Source: Giardia intestinalis
Taxonomy: Eukaryota
DNA length: 64,000 nucleotides
Reading direction: 5' to 3' (one strand)
NCBI GenBank assembly: GCA_000002435.2
Contig: CM018793.1
Position numbers and translations under genes: made by a program. The notes below the pieces were generated by a model. The model worked only from the letters and a program-made list of their open reading frames with translations, was not told where the DNA came from and did no database searches. Below, piece after piece: positions 30,278 to 39,983 of this stretch. Positions within the stretch are counted from its first letter, which is position 1; the number at the start of each line of letters is the position of its first letter.

Positions 30278-31093
30278 ATGACTATACACTATGCCCCAGA
30301 GTCCATGCGGCTGTCTACCAGTGTGATAGACGTTCGAGAATATCTACCCCCGGCTAGGGTCTATGCTCCTGTCAGTCGGAATATGGGTGTTACCACAGAG
30401 GCTCAAAGCAATCACAGGTGCGAAACCCCCCGCACACACCCCTGGTACATCGGAGCAGATGGTAGGGCTATAGAAGAAGGCCTTCTATGCTTCTTAAAGT
30501 CCACTGTGCGGATTAAGAAGGAAGCAAGCCTACCTGTGGCTAACTCTGTCAACCTGCTGGAGCACAGGGGCACCTTTGATAGCATTGATTCTGTCGAACC
30601 ACCCTATTCTAATACTGCTCTTAACGAGTTTCATCGGAAACTCACCAGTGCTAAAGGGGCTGAGATCAGGGTTGCGGCGCCGCAGCCCCGCATATATTCA
30701 GCACATTCTCGCTCTAGCATGATACCGTACACTATCAGTAGACCGTGTGCTCTATCTATTGCGTCGAGGGCCAAGCTGCAGCAGACGGCCGCTATCTCCC
30801 CCGTTGAAGACGATATCAGTCTTTCCGACTTTACAGTACCTCACAACTCCTCAAGCCATAGCAATTTCACGACTGAATTGAACCCCTACAGCGTGTCTAA
30901 GCAGAGAGCCGAAACTGTCTGCAGCGCCCTCAACTTAACAGCGACCAGTCTGCCCCGGAGGTCGAACGTAGACCTCGTTAGATCTAAGGCTGCGGCGTCA
31001 GAGCTCCTTACTACGATATTAACTGATTCTTTAACCTTTAGCAACGACGCTAGGCGGCGTCGATCACCAAAATCTGTGATGAGTAAACAGTAG
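30278..31093 (+). CDS. Hypothetical protein, S/T/P-rich, 271 aa.
   Basis: The first ATG lies in a GTG-initiated listed ORF. There is no domain signal. It may share a locus with the next same-frame ORF, but several stops separate them. Confidence 0.3.
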   Translation: MTIHYAPESMRLSTSVIDVREYLPPARVYAPVSRNMGVTTEAQSNHRCETPRTHPWYIGADGRAIEEGLLCFLKSTVRIKKEASLPVANSVNLLEHRGTFDSIDSVEPPYSNTALNEFHRKLTSAKGAEIRVAAPQPRIYSAHSRSSMIPYTISRPCALSIASRAKLQQTAAISPVEDDISLSDFTVPHNSSSHSNFTTELNPYSVSKQRAETVCSALNLTATSLPRRSNVDLVRSKAAASELLTTILTDSLTFSNDARRRRSPKSVMSKQ

Positions 31094-31183
31094 CTACAGG
31101 TTTAAGTTAAGGCTCTAATTTACAGGCAAATCTGTTTCATATTGCTCAGTTCAATCACTTTCTGTGAGAACTTCAAAATTTGA

Positions 31184-31831
31184 ATGTTTCGCTTTTTCCG
31201 GCGTAGCGCACGCTTGGACACCATGCAGCAGTGCCCCGTTGTTCCTTCTAGCGTTCAGCAGGGGTGTCCCTCGCAAGAGTCTTTCTCAGAGACCATTGTG
31301 CCACAGCAGAATACCGGGCATTCAGCGGCTGATTATCTAAGGGAAGTCTTTCTTAGAGAGTGTGACACGCGCATTCATGATACGCCTGGGGTGTCCCGAG
31401 CTGCCACTGCTGGTCTAGATGCCCCCTCTATTTCAGTTCCTGCACCTCTCTCTGGTGTCACAGCCTCTCAAGAAAGGCAATCGGTACCCTCCTTACTACT
31501 CAAAGACAGTATCCGAGCGGTGCCGCTCGCCGTTAGTTCTAGTAAAATGATTTCAACGTCTTCCAATCCTCCTATGAAAGCCACACGCCCGCGCGTTCCA
31601 ATCACAAAGACCACGAAATTTGAGGGTGTCACGTATCTTACACTTTCTCAAGCGCCCACGCAAGAAAGCCCAGAGTTCACTGATCCCGATTCTGTTGCTG
31701 GTATGAGACCTCAGATTCGCGAGACTCAAGAGTCTCCTAGTGATAGTCTTGAGCATGATCTCGCGGATAGTCTACTGTTTGACATGGCGAACGCTGTCTC
31801 TAGCTCTGTGGCTGTGCGGGCGTTAAGTTGA
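31184..31831 (+). CDS. Hypothetical protein, S/P-rich, 215 aa.
   Basis: ATG at 31184, preceded by CTTCAAAATTTGAATG. The 3' end overlaps the convergent gene by 9 bp. Confidence 0.3.
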   Translation: MFRFFRRSARLDTMQQCPVVPSSVQQGCPSQESFSETIVPQQNTGHSAADYLREVFLRECDTRIHDTPGVSRAATAGLDAPSISVPAPLSGVTASQERQSVPSLLLKDSIRAVPLAVSSSKMISTSSNPPMKATRPRVPITKTTKFEGVTYLTLSQAPTQESPEFTDPDSVAGMRPQIRETQESPSDSLEHDLADSLLFDMANAVSSSVAVRALS

Positions 31832-33805
31832 GCATCGTGAATGACGTTTGCAGTACATCTCTCTCTTTTCGGTTATGACCAATCCCTTACTTACTACACA
31901 GGGATAGTGGGCCGTAAACTGGCATGCTTTGTTATAACATCCTATCAAGGCGCCTGGCTTTCCACAAATGGAGCAACTAAGCTCAATGCGATTCTTCTTG
32001 AATGTTTTCCTGAAGTTGAGGTAGACACGTGGACTAAACTCTGTGAGCAGTGCCCGAAGGACACGGTCAAGGGCTGTTGCCTGGACGATCAGAGGTATTG
32101 GGGTCTGATTTCTTGTGACGCGCTTAGCTACAGTAAGGTCGAAGCGCTTTTCTGACAAGATTCGAGTATGCTCTGACTTGAGGTCCTTGGCTTTAAGGAA
32201 TGCTACCTCTGGGGTATAGAAAGCACAAGAGTGGTGGGCCACGAAGAGCACCGGAGGCACATACTGTGCTAAAAACAGTGGCGTAGGGCACTTCACCAAT
32301 GCATAGATAAATGGGCCAGCAACCCTATCCTCCCCTGTCAGTGCATCACCACAGTAGCAGCACTGGAATTTCCTAGCGACAGCAATGTTACTGGTCCTCT
32401 CCAATATGCGTTCCGCCAATTCTAACAGCTCATTAAGGGATCTGTCCGTGACCTTGCTATATGTGTATGTGCACGGAGCTGTGTAAAGCCACGGCTCCTG
32501 TGTGACGACAGACTGCTCTGCGTCATATGACTTTCTCAAATCAAAGAACGAGACCGGACTGGGCTCTGAGTTCGGATCTTGTTCGTGAATAGTAACACTT
32601 CCATCACGTCCGTGCTTCCATGAAGCTACATGCTCTCCGGTAGGTATTTTATAAATGTTTCCTTGAACATAGAGATACCTACACAGAGAGCACTCGATCG
32701 GAGTAGCATATGTAACCTCAGCGTCATTGGGGGAAAGGTAGACATCCAGTGCACTCACAAAGTTGAATCCTGTTTGCATATCTATTGTAGCGATGTAATG
32801 ATTTTCCTCTTGAATGTGTTCTGCTGTGACCAGTGTCCAGAGATCATACACATCAGAATCTATTTGGAACTCTTCAGCAAAGCTGGTTGAATCTGTGCTT
32901 ACCAGCTGCTCGACCAAGGAGACAGGATAAACACAGGGCACAATATCTGAGGTACTGCGGGAATCGCTGAGGTACGTGAGTCCATATATGTATATCTTTT
33001 GATCTGTGGAATGGCCACCGGTGCCATTCGGGCCCATCTCCAAGATTCTGTCTATCCTCACGGGCTGCAAAGCTCCAGTTACTCTGCAGATATCGCCCAC
33101 TGAAAGCTCAACACCGTGGATATTATAGCATCTACTGTACTCATTGATGATAAAGTTCCCTAATGTATCACTTCCCTTGGTGCTATAGTTAGCCACACTT
33201 GGGGTTCTGCACGTGAAGGTATCCTTGGGATCTGGCTCTTCTAGCTTTTGATCGTAGTCGTGCAAGGTAAGGAAACGCCAGAGATCACGGAGACAAAGTA
33301 GGGTCGGTTCTCTTTGTAGTTTTAATGCCAAAGTTTTGAGATACCTGAGTGTGAAGCTATGGTTTATGCTGGTCAAAAACATTGGACTAAGAGGAACGCC
33401 CAATGTCCCACAGGGACTTGGGCTTTTATACGTTGGATGATAAATTAAAACATGTTGGCCGAAGACTTGCTCTGGACAAATTTCCCCTATATTCAGCAGA
33501 GATAGGAAAGAGATAACGGTTGGGGTTTGGGGTGCTCCAGTCAGAGAGTCCCGTGTGGCCAAAGATATGTCCTTTTCTGGTATTAAATGGTAGACGAGCC
33601 TTCCTTGGTCTTCGCTTCGCACGAGGCATGTAAGTTCATGGCTGTCACCGTAATAGCTTTCCCTGAGAGCTGGAGAAAGCTCTGTGATTGAGGCAATAAT
33701 CCCCATGTCCTGCACATCCGACAGAGTATAGTGCACCACGACGCCGGGGACAAAAGGCCGTACAGCGCGCACGTTCGTACTTATATTTGCTTCGTGCCCC
33801 TCCAT
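31823..33805 (-). CDS. Chromatin-reader-like protein (660 aa): a BAH-like region plus a PHD / Zn-knuckle / extended-PHD (PZP-like) C-terminus.
   Basis: The C-terminus has CCYCGDALTGEDRVAGPFIYALVKCP...VAHHSCAFYTPEV and CSICGKPGALIGCYNKACQFTAHYPCV...YCKRHSRC, Cys/His spacings typical of PHD and ePHD fingers. A central stretch LSVGDICRVTGALQPVRIDRILE... is BAH-like. Confidence 0.55.
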   Translation of the reverse strand: MEGHEANISTNVRAVRPFVPGVVVHYTLSDVQDMGIIASITELSPALRESYYGDSHELTCLVRSEDQGRLVYHLIPEKDISLATRDSLTGAPQTPTVISFLSLLNIGEICPEQVFGQHVLIYHPTYKSPSPCGTLGVPLSPMFLTSINHSFTLRYLKTLALKLQREPTLLCLRDLWRFLTLHDYDQKLEEPDPKDTFTCRTPSVANYSTKGSDTLGNFIINEYSRCYNIHGVELSVGDICRVTGALQPVRIDRILEMGPNGTGGHSTDQKIYIYGLTYLSDSRSTSDIVPCVYPVSLVEQLVSTDSTSFAEEFQIDSDVYDLWTLVTAEHIQEENHYIATIDMQTGFNFVSALDVYLSPNDAEVTYATPIECSLCRYLYVQGNIYKIPTGEHVASWKHGRDGSVTIHEQDPNSEPSPVSFFDLRKSYDAEQSVVTQEPWLYTAPCTYTYSKVTDRSLNELLELAERILERTSNIAVARKFQCCYCGDALTGEDRVAGPFIYALVKCPTPLFLAQYVPPVLFVAHHSCAFYTPEVAFLKAKDLKSEHTRILSEKRFDLTVAKRVTRNQTPIPLIVQATALDRVLRALLTEFSPRVYLNFRKTFKKNRIELSCSICGKPGALIGCYNKACQFTAHYPCVVSKGLVITEKREMYCKRHSRCST

Positions 33806-33921
33806 GGCCTCGCACGCCTAACAGACTAGCAGGAATAGGCAAGGGGAGGGTTCGGATTGAAAAACAAAAAAAGCTGTCCAATTAATGATAAAAATAAAGG
33901 GTTTAAATAAGAAGTAAAAAG

Positions 33922-35025
33922 ATGGCTGTCACAAAGCACGTCTGGTTGGACACCGATTGCGGCATCGACGACGCTCTGGCTCTGATGATCCTCGGACTCT
34001 CCACGACTGTCCAGCTCGTCGGGGTCTCGTGTACTTACGGCAACAACAAGCGCAGCGCCGTGGAGCGCAATGTTACACGAGTCCTGAACATCATAAGGGA
34101 GTCGTGCAGACAGCGTGGCGTGAAATTTACCATGCCAGTCCTGTGTAGGGGTCCTTTGGACTCGGCATCCGACTTGGCCTTTCTCAAGACTGGAAAAGGA
34201 GAGCGAGGCAAGTCGAATGATGAAAACTGGCATGGGAATGATGGTCTCGGTGATGCCGACTTCAGTATTCATATGAGTTCTGAGGAGAGGAGGATAATAG
34301 ACACCCCCATTCCGTTTTCTGACGAGGCTCCTTCTGTCCTCATCAAGAGGGCGTGCGTCACCGCCAAGCAGGCAACGGGGAAGAACCTCTCCGTAGTTGC
34401 TATTGGTCCCTTCACGAGTCTCATGAGCATCATCCATCTTCATGCCGAGATTGACCTCTACATCATGGGAGCTGGGTTCTATCCTGCTTTCAAGGCGTAT
34501 TCGCAAAATAAATTCACAGCTGGGAAGATAAAGCAATACGAAGACAGTGGGATGACGGGGCTTCTCCAGGGCAACATGCCTGAATGCGGTATGCCTCACG
34601 CGGAGCACAACATTGGGTGCGACCCCGTGGCGGCCCAGGTGATGTTCAACAGCTTCGATAACATTCGCGTCGTTGATTGGACACTCACTCTTGTGGCCTC
34701 CGTCAGCATAGCGGAGATGGACGAGCTCAATTCGAAGTCTCTCGTCGGGCGCTTCCACCGATCCATCTCAAAGCACATGGAGGACATGACTCGCAAGCAC
34801 GGAGGCGACTACTTCGCCCTCTGTGACCCACTTGCCGCAATGGTCTGCTGTAACGAGGCAATCATCGAAGAAGAGATGCGCGGGTCTGTGGAGGTCGTCC
34901 TGGAAGACACGCCTCACTTCGGGGAAACCGTCTTTCGCAAGAATGACAAGGGCAATACAAGGGCTATCTTTGCCGTCAGCAGAGACGCAGTCATGGAGAC
35001 CCTTCGCTACACCCTAACGAAATAG
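33922..35025 (+). CDS. Inosine-uridine preferring nucleoside hydrolase family protein (purine/pyrimidine salvage).
   Basis: The N-terminal Asp cluster WLDTDCGIDDALALMILG matches the IUNH signature DxDxxxDD. The protein is 367 aa with ATG at 33922. Confidence 0.85.
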   Translation: MAVTKHVWLDTDCGIDDALALMILGLSTTVQLVGVSCTYGNNKRSAVERNVTRVLNIIRESCRQRGVKFTMPVLCRGPLDSASDLAFLKTGKGERGKSNDENWHGNDGLGDADFSIHMSSEERRIIDTPIPFSDEAPSVLIKRACVTAKQATGKNLSVVAIGPFTSLMSIIHLHAEIDLYIMGAGFYPAFKAYSQNKFTAGKIKQYEDSGMTGLLQGNMPECGMPHAEHNIGCDPVAAQVMFNSFDNIRVVDWTLTLVASVSIAEMDELNSKSLVGRFHRSISKHMEDMTRKHGGDYFALCDPLAAMVCCNEAIIEEEMRGSVEVVLEDTPHFGETVFRKNDKGNTRAIFAVSRDAVMETLRYTLTK

Positions 35026-35133
35026 TGAATTCGCGTTGTTCACTCTGTATTTCTTCTCTGCTCAGTTGTAGCAACCATAGTGGCTGTGACAACGTGCTCT
35101 GCTAGAGATCCAGGTAAGAGAGATTTTAAAAAA

Positions 35134-35841
35134 ATGAGCTCAACCCTTAGGGAGTCCCTTGTCCGTTATGACCCACCTATGCAGGCAACAGCTGCAAAGG
35201 AGAAACAAAAGAAGGCAAAGGCATCCCAGGCCACTAACCAGGGCACAAAAGGGACTCTTCAGACAGAGGACATCCTGAACTCTATCCTCCCCCCGAGGAC
35301 CTTCGAGCAAGACGGAGAACAGTGGGTCCAGTTTGTGTCCAGCACCCCAGCTACACGGCTTGATGTCCTCAACCTACAAGAGAAACTGGATCAGCAGTTA
35401 AAGGTTCGCCAGGCTCGTGAGATGGGCTTGTGTCCGATCAGAGAAGACATATACAGCCAATGCTTCGATGAGTTGATTCGTCACGTCGCCATTAACTGCG
35501 CTGAGCGTGGCGTGCTACTGACCCGCGTCCGTGACGAGCTACGCATGACTATTGCAGCATATCAGACACTATATGAATCGGCAGTGTCGTTCGGGATCAG
35601 AAAAACGTTACTGGCCGAGCAAGGAAAAGCAGAGATGAAAGCAAAGATTGAAGAACTAGAGTCAGAAAACGAAAGGCTCAAGAGGCAACTGGCAGAGCAT
35701 AAGGCAAGGCTGGACGCTGCCGAGAGGACAGAAGCCGAAAGGCGTGCTTTAGATGAAAAGAGGCATGCAGAGGAAGTTGTTTTCCTAAAGAAGCAAGTAG
35801 TCCAGCTGAAGTCCCAGCTGGAGAACATTCTATCAGTGTGA
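35134..35841 (+). CDS. DNALI1: Axonemal inner-arm dynein light chain p28 (DNALI1/IDA4).
   Basis: ILNSILPPRTFEQDGEQWVQFVSSTPATRLDVLNLQEKLDQQLKVRQAREMGLCPIREDIYSQCFDELIRHVAINCAERGVLLTRVRDELRMTIAAYQTLYES... is nearly colinear with human and Chlamydomonas p28. The listed start is GTG, and the first ATG is 35134, preceded by GATTTTAAAAAAATG. Confidence 0.85.
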   Translation: MSSTLRESLVRYDPPMQATAAKEKQKKAKASQATNQGTKGTLQTEDILNSILPPRTFEQDGEQWVQFVSSTPATRLDVLNLQEKLDQQLKVRQAREMGLCPIREDIYSQCFDELIRHVAINCAERGVLLTRVRDELRMTIAAYQTLYESAVSFGIRKTLLAEQGKAEMKAKIEELESENERLKRQLAEHKARLDAAERTEAERRALDEKRHAEEVVFLKKQVVQLKSQLENILSV

Positions 35842-35909
35842 GGTAGGTGTGTGTAAATGGAAGCATGATAAAAGATCATTGATGAATAGTAAGAATACAG
35901 GGACAGGCA

Positions 35910-36938
35910 TCATAGCTTCAGGCTGAGCAGAGAGAGGAACCTATAAAGCCAGGGGTTCCCGATGCAACCGGCATTTCGCAGGCTGTTGATGAGCCGCGCC
36001 TGAGCTGTATTGACAACTCCTCGGGGAAGAAGAGAAGAAGGACATATAAGGGTGGGAGAGCGATTGTTGAATACGCTGCTGGAACAAATCTGGTGCTGCT
36101 CGATAATGGTATCTGACATGGTGTGCACAAGTACATGGTCTGGAGCACTGTGAAAGAGAACGTCGTGCTGGTCCCCTTCGACGGAAACATACTGCAGTGT
36201 GATAAAGGTGTGCTTTTGAAGGGGAGTCTGCAGAGAAGAGAGCAGAAGAGACATAATGACTCCATTCATTAGGATGTCTGCCACGGTCTTGTGCTGGACT
36301 AAGTTGTAGCTGCTACTGGACGAGTCTGAGGCTGCCGTGTCTTCATCCCCACGACCTTCATTCAGCTGACACGAGAATGCTAGCCTGTAGTAAACGAAAT
36401 AGGGGTCCAGACTAACGATGTAAGTCACTGGGTCCTGGAGTTTATCTGGTATCTGAATCATGGCCAAAGTGCTGCACTCGTAAGCACACAAGGTGGCACT
36501 TTTGACTTGGAGCTTATCATCAATTACAGCCTTGGCCACAGGAGTGAATCTGTATACCTCCCGCAGAAGATTGGCCCCTGAAAGCCTGAGCATGTGGAGG
36601 AAGTTAGAGTAGTTCCTGGTTACTTCTATGAACCCTGAGGGCGAGAGCGAGAATAGCCGTTTGCAGCTACTACTATAGAGAAAGTGCACAGCGCTGGTTT
36701 TGCTTCCCTGCTTATCTGCAGCCTCCTGGTCTGGATCCCCTGCATTAATTAAGTAACTGAACAGGTAAAAGGAAAGGTTACACTGAGCTCCTTCGTAATA
36801 TATGGCCAAATCCTCAGTGTTGATGCTTCTGAAGATCATGGTCACCACACGTCGAGCTTCTGTTAAAGGGATTTCAAGGTCCTCAAGAGTATCGGCCTCC
36901 TGGTTGTACACCTTTGGAACATAAAAAAGCTGAGCCAT
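35910..36938 (-). CDS. Hypothetical protein, 343 aa.
   Basis: I trimmed the ORF to the internal ATG (MAQLFYVPKVY). The longer N-terminal extension would run antisense through the A-rich-initiated gene at 36987. Confidence 0.4.
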   Translation of the reverse strand: MAQLFYVPKVYNQEADTLEDLEIPLTEARRVVTMIFRSINTEDLAIYYEGAQCNLSFYLFSYLINAGDPDQEAADKQGSKTSAVHFLYSSSCKRLFSLSPSGFIEVTRNYSNFLHMLRLSGANLLREVYRFTPVAKAVIDDKLQVKSATLCAYECSTLAMIQIPDKLQDPVTYIVSLDPYFVYYRLAFSCQLNEGRGDEDTAASDSSSSSYNLVQHKTVADILMNGVIMSLLLSSLQTPLQKHTFITLQYVSVEGDQHDVLFHSAPDHVLVHTMSDTIIEQHQICSSSVFNNRSPTLICPSSLLPRGVVNTAQARLINSLRNAGCIGNPWLYRFLSLLSLKL

Positions 36939-36986
36939 GGAGGACCCGAGCAGCTGTGGACAAATTAAAAGAGCAAAATTCAAAAA

Positions 36987-37502
36987 ATGAAACCTACATG
37001 GTCCACTGCATGCACGGCTCCGAGACAGAGCATAATGAACCGCCCCATTAAGGAGCCGTCCAAGTCCAATATGGAGTCTATGGAGCGCCAGTACACGGCT
37101 GAGGATGCAGCTCTGCGTCGTCGACGAGAGCAATACATGCAGCAGGAAGCGGAGAGGCTTCGAGCCATCCATGGCACACGCGAGGAAAAGAGGGAGATCG
37201 CTCAGAAATTGGCGTCTGAGCTCGATACTCTCATTTCAGAGCGGAAGGCGCAGGAATCTCTGGAGGCACAGGAGAACCGTAGGCACGCCCTGGAGGTCCT
37301 GGAGCGGATCAAGTATGAGGAGATGCTTGAGCAGGAGCAGAAAGAAGCCCGTAGAGCATACGAGGAGTATGTCGCAGAGCAAAACAGACGTGCGATAGCA
37401 GAACGTAGGGACGCGCAGGAAAGGGCGCGCCACGAAGAGGTGGCCGAGGAGAAGATGCAGCCAAGCTTCTTTGCCAACCATTTCATGAAGTCCACACGGT
37501 AG
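36987..37502 (+). CDS. Hypothetical charged coiled-coil protein, 171 aa, E/R/K-rich.
   Basis: ATG at 36987, preceded by GAGCAAAATTCAAAAAATG. Confidence 0.4.
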   Translation: MKPTWSTACTAPRQSIMNRPIKEPSKSNMESMERQYTAEDAALRRRREQYMQQEAERLRAIHGTREEKREIAQKLASELDTLISERKAQESLEAQENRRHALEVLERIKYEEMLEQEQKEARRAYEEYVAEQNRRAIAERRDAQERARHEEVAEEKMQPSFFANHFMKSTR

Positions 37503-37711
37503 GTCAGAGTCCACTTATGTCATCATTCCCCTTTGGAATAAGAGTGTGGAGAGAGGGCAAAGTTATGCTCAACTTTGTATGCACAACTCTCCAGCGTGTT
37601 CATGTAAACCATGCGCGGCGTTCTACTTTCTCCAAAACGAAACGCCGCTGCACTCCTCTAATGTTGAGCTTTTGTTTCATAATTAGGAACGCTGTAAGAA
37701 GGGCAAAAAAT

Positions 37712-38728
37712 ATGTCCCGGAAGAAGATTGGCCCGTATGAGGTCACCGGCGTCCTGGGGAGGGGAACGTATGCGACCGTAAAGTTGGCGACAGACTCACG
37801 TACGAAGGAGGAGGTTGCCATAAAGATAATAACAAAGTCTGGCCAACTTACTAAGAAGCAGCTCAAGCACATACGAACAGAGATCGTCGTCCTTCGTCTG
37901 GTCTCGCATCCCAACATAGTCAAGCTGAAAGAGATCTTAGCCAGCAAGAACAAGATCTATATAGTCATGGAGTACCTGGAGGGCGGAGACATCCTGACTG
38001 CTCTCAGAGAGAACGATTTCACCATAGAGCAGGTTCGCCGCTACTTCATTCAGATCTGCTCCGCTCTGGAGTACTGCCAGAAGCTCCACATATCCCACAG
38101 AGACATCAAGGCGGAGAATCTCCTGCTGAGAAAGGGCCGCCAATCGGTCGTCATCACAGACTTTGGGCTTTCTGCCCTCACTGAAGATGCTGAGGACGAC
38201 GACGGGCAAGGAGGGGGCGAGCAGAAGGCCCCCGGTACAAGGGGCAGCAAGCTTCTGACAACCGCCTGTGGGTCTCCTCACTATGTTTCTCCAGAGGTGG
38301 TGTCGAAGACGAATGTGGGCTACTTCGGAGAAAAGGCAGACATTTGGTCTGTCGGCGTTCTTCTCTACCTCATGCTCGGCCGCACGCTTCCGTTCCAGGC
38401 CAATACACTAGAGGCTCTTTTCGAGCGCATCCGTACCGGACAATTCTCGTTCCCCGAGGACCGCGTGAAGAAGGGCTACTTCACCAAGGAGTCAATGGGG
38501 CTGATCATATCCATGCTCAACATAGATCCTGCAAAGCGCCCTTCGTTCACTCAAATTTTGGAAAGCGACTATGTGATGCAGGACAAGGAGTACCTTGATT
38601 CGTACCGCGAAGAGTGCAAGCAGATTTACGGCGAGAAGCAAGACGAGATCTTTAAGAAGGCTCAGCGCATCATGAGCGGGGAGGAAAAGATAGAGGAAAA
38701 CAACGAATTCAACGAGGAGGTCGAGTAA
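37712..38728 (+). CDS. Ser/Thr protein kinase of the CAMK/CAMKL (AMPK-related) group. Predicted active.
   Basis: Motifs are GVLGRGTYATVKLA, AIKII, HRDIKAENLLL, DFG and GSPHYVSPEV. I started at the internal ATG 37712, preceded by GGGCAAAAAATATG. The upstream 65 codons, which follow the ATG at 37517, are Cys/Phe-rich and not kinase-like. Confidence 0.8.
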   Translation: MSRKKIGPYEVTGVLGRGTYATVKLATDSRTKEEVAIKIITKSGQLTKKQLKHIRTEIVVLRLVSHPNIVKLKEILASKNKIYIVMEYLEGGDILTALRENDFTIEQVRRYFIQICSALEYCQKLHISHRDIKAENLLLRKGRQSVVITDFGLSALTEDAEDDDGQGGGEQKAPGTRGSKLLTTACGSPHYVSPEVVSKTNVGYFGEKADIWSVGVLLYLMLGRTLPFQANTLEALFERIRTGQFSFPEDRVKKGYFTKESMGLIISMLNIDPAKRPSFTQILESDYVMQDKEYLDSYREECKQIYGEKQDEIFKKAQRIMSGEEKIEENNEFNEEVE

Positions 38729-38788
38729 AAGTTCCCTGCTTAAAACAATTTAAATTTCACTTTTTAACCCTTCAAAAGGGCGTGCCCG

Positions 38789-39097
38789 ATGGTCACGACA
38801 AATCAGTGCAGCTACTCGGGCAGGAAGATCCTCCCTGGGTACGGCAAGCGCATGAGCCGCCACGACAAGGTCCTCCTTATTTTCCTCAACAGAAAGGCCT
38901 CTGTGCACTACTTAAACAAGTGGAATCCTCGCAAGATCCGCTGGACTCTTGCATCTCGTAGAGCGCGCGGAAAGGAGGTGATCGTCAAGGCCCGCGAGCG
39001 CGTAACCAGGAAGGCAGTGGTCAGCAAGCGCAACTTCCTCAGCATTGATGACTCCAAGCTGGAGGCTCTTAAGAGCAAGTACTCCAGGGTCAACTAA
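38789..39097 (+). CDS. RPL24: Ribosomal protein L24e (an Rlp24-like assignment is less likely).
   Basis: CSYSGRKILPGYGKRMSRHDKVLLIFLNRKASVHYLNKWNPRKIRWT matches the L24e consensus [31 protein letters not shown]...KRNPRQINWT. Confidence 0.85.
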   Translation: MVTTNQCSYSGRKILPGYGKRMSRHDKVLLIFLNRKASVHYLNKWNPRKIRWTLASRRARGKEVIVKARERVTRKAVVSKRNFLSIDDSKLEALKSKYSRVN

Positions 39098-39178
39098 GCG
39101 CCATGAGTAAACGGTAGACAGCTAGTCAAATGGGCAATTGAGCACGTGGGCTGTCAAGTAGCTCGACAGGGTCTTGGT

Positions 39179-39955
39179 CTACGTGAGTATTGTGAAGACG
39201 GGGTATTGCATGAGGAAGTGGTGGGCCAGGAGTTTCCTAAGTGGTGTGAGATAGCAAGATGGAGGGATGCGGAGAGACGCGCGCAAAAGCTCTGTAGGTC
39301 GAGTAGCCTCAGAAGACAGTCGTTCATCCTCAAGAAAGATTGCAGGGTTGTCTGTTGAATCCAGAATGGAGCAAGGGGTGGAGAGAATCGCCTCGAGAAT
39401 CTTTTGAATGGTGTCTGTCTCTGGGATGGCGGGTAGCATCCTATCTATGAGCAGACTTGTCTCTGAATTGACAAGGCGTACCCTGAGAGGCCATTTGAGG
39501 AGGTCTGCGCGGAGATCGTAGGTAGGGACATACCGTCGCCTGGCAGATGCAGGTGGTGCCATGCACAGGAACGTCTCGCGCTGCAAACACGCTTGCATTA
39601 TAGCGCGTTGCGTCTCAGTAAAATAGGGCAAATCTATGTACTCTTTGTAGCGTGCCTGAAGGGTAGCGAGGCTTTGCCTGCCTGACGTCCAGAGCGCGAA
39701 AGGCGGATCCATGGCATCATCAGAAGCACGGGATTCCGGTGCATGGATAATCTTTCGCTGAAGGAAAGCTATATCCCGGTAGAAGGCATTCTCGTCATAC
39801 TCTGTTAAGGGGATATAGGCGGTTGGAAGGTCTGCCTTTCCACTGCACCCGGTGACTTCCTTGTGTGTCGTGAAGCATGCTAGTGAGCATGTCATGAGCT
39901 GGCATGAGGGGCAGCGATAGCGAGCAGGTTGCTGGCATGCACTGCATGACTCCAT
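39179..39955 (-). CDS. zf-HIT domain protein (Bcd1/ZNHIT6-like; possibly a box C/D snoRNP assembly factor).
   Basis: The N-terminal CSACQQPARYRCPSCQLMTCSLACFTTHKEVTGC fits the HIT zinc-finger spacing. The start is ambiguous: ATG 39955 (MESCSAC) or ATG 39985 (MVSPLFF). The listed 40150 start is TTG. Confidence 0.55.
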   Translation of the reverse strand: MESCSACQQPARYRCPSCQLMTCSLACFTTHKEVTGCSGKADLPTAYIPLTEYDENAFYRDIAFLQRKIIHAPESRASDDAMDPPFALWTSGRQSLATLQARYKEYIDLPYFTETQRAIMQACLQRETFLCMAPPASARRRYVPTYDLRADLLKWPLRVRLVNSETSLLIDRMLPAIPETDTIQKILEAILSTPCSILDSTDNPAIFLEDERLSSEATRPTELLRASLRIPPSCYLTPLRKLLAHHFLMQYPVFTILT

Positions 39956-39983
39956 CAAGAATCCAAAAAATAGTGGCGATACC

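Noticed and set aside
30278-31831. Treating 30278..31093 and 31184..31831 as one gene because they share a reading frame
   Set aside because: Several in-frame stops (TAG at 31091, TAA at 31103 and more) separate them, and the second has its own A-rich initiator.
33826-34758. A 310-aa minus-strand ORF
   Set aside because: It is entirely antisense to the nucleoside hydrolase gene, which carries the diagnostic DTDCGIDDALAL motif. There is no independent support for it.
36939-37172. A 78-codon N-terminal extension of the minus-strand 35910 gene (ATG at 37172)
   Set aside because: It would run antisense across the 36987 plus-strand gene, which has a very strong A-rich initiator. The internal ATG (MAQLFYVPKVY) leaves a normal 48-bp divergent spacer.
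37503-37560. A possible box C/D snoRNA (TGATGA-like box on the minus strand near 37517-37524)
   Set aside because: No properly spaced D box (CUGA) or terminal stem could be placed. This is a chance match.
37517-37711. An ATG-initiated 65-codon N-terminal extension of the CAMK-like kinase
   Set aside because: The extension is Cys/Phe-rich and hydrophobic, unlike kinase N-lobes. The internal ATG at 37712 has the canonical GGGCAAAAAATATG initiator and sits just before the Gly-rich loop.
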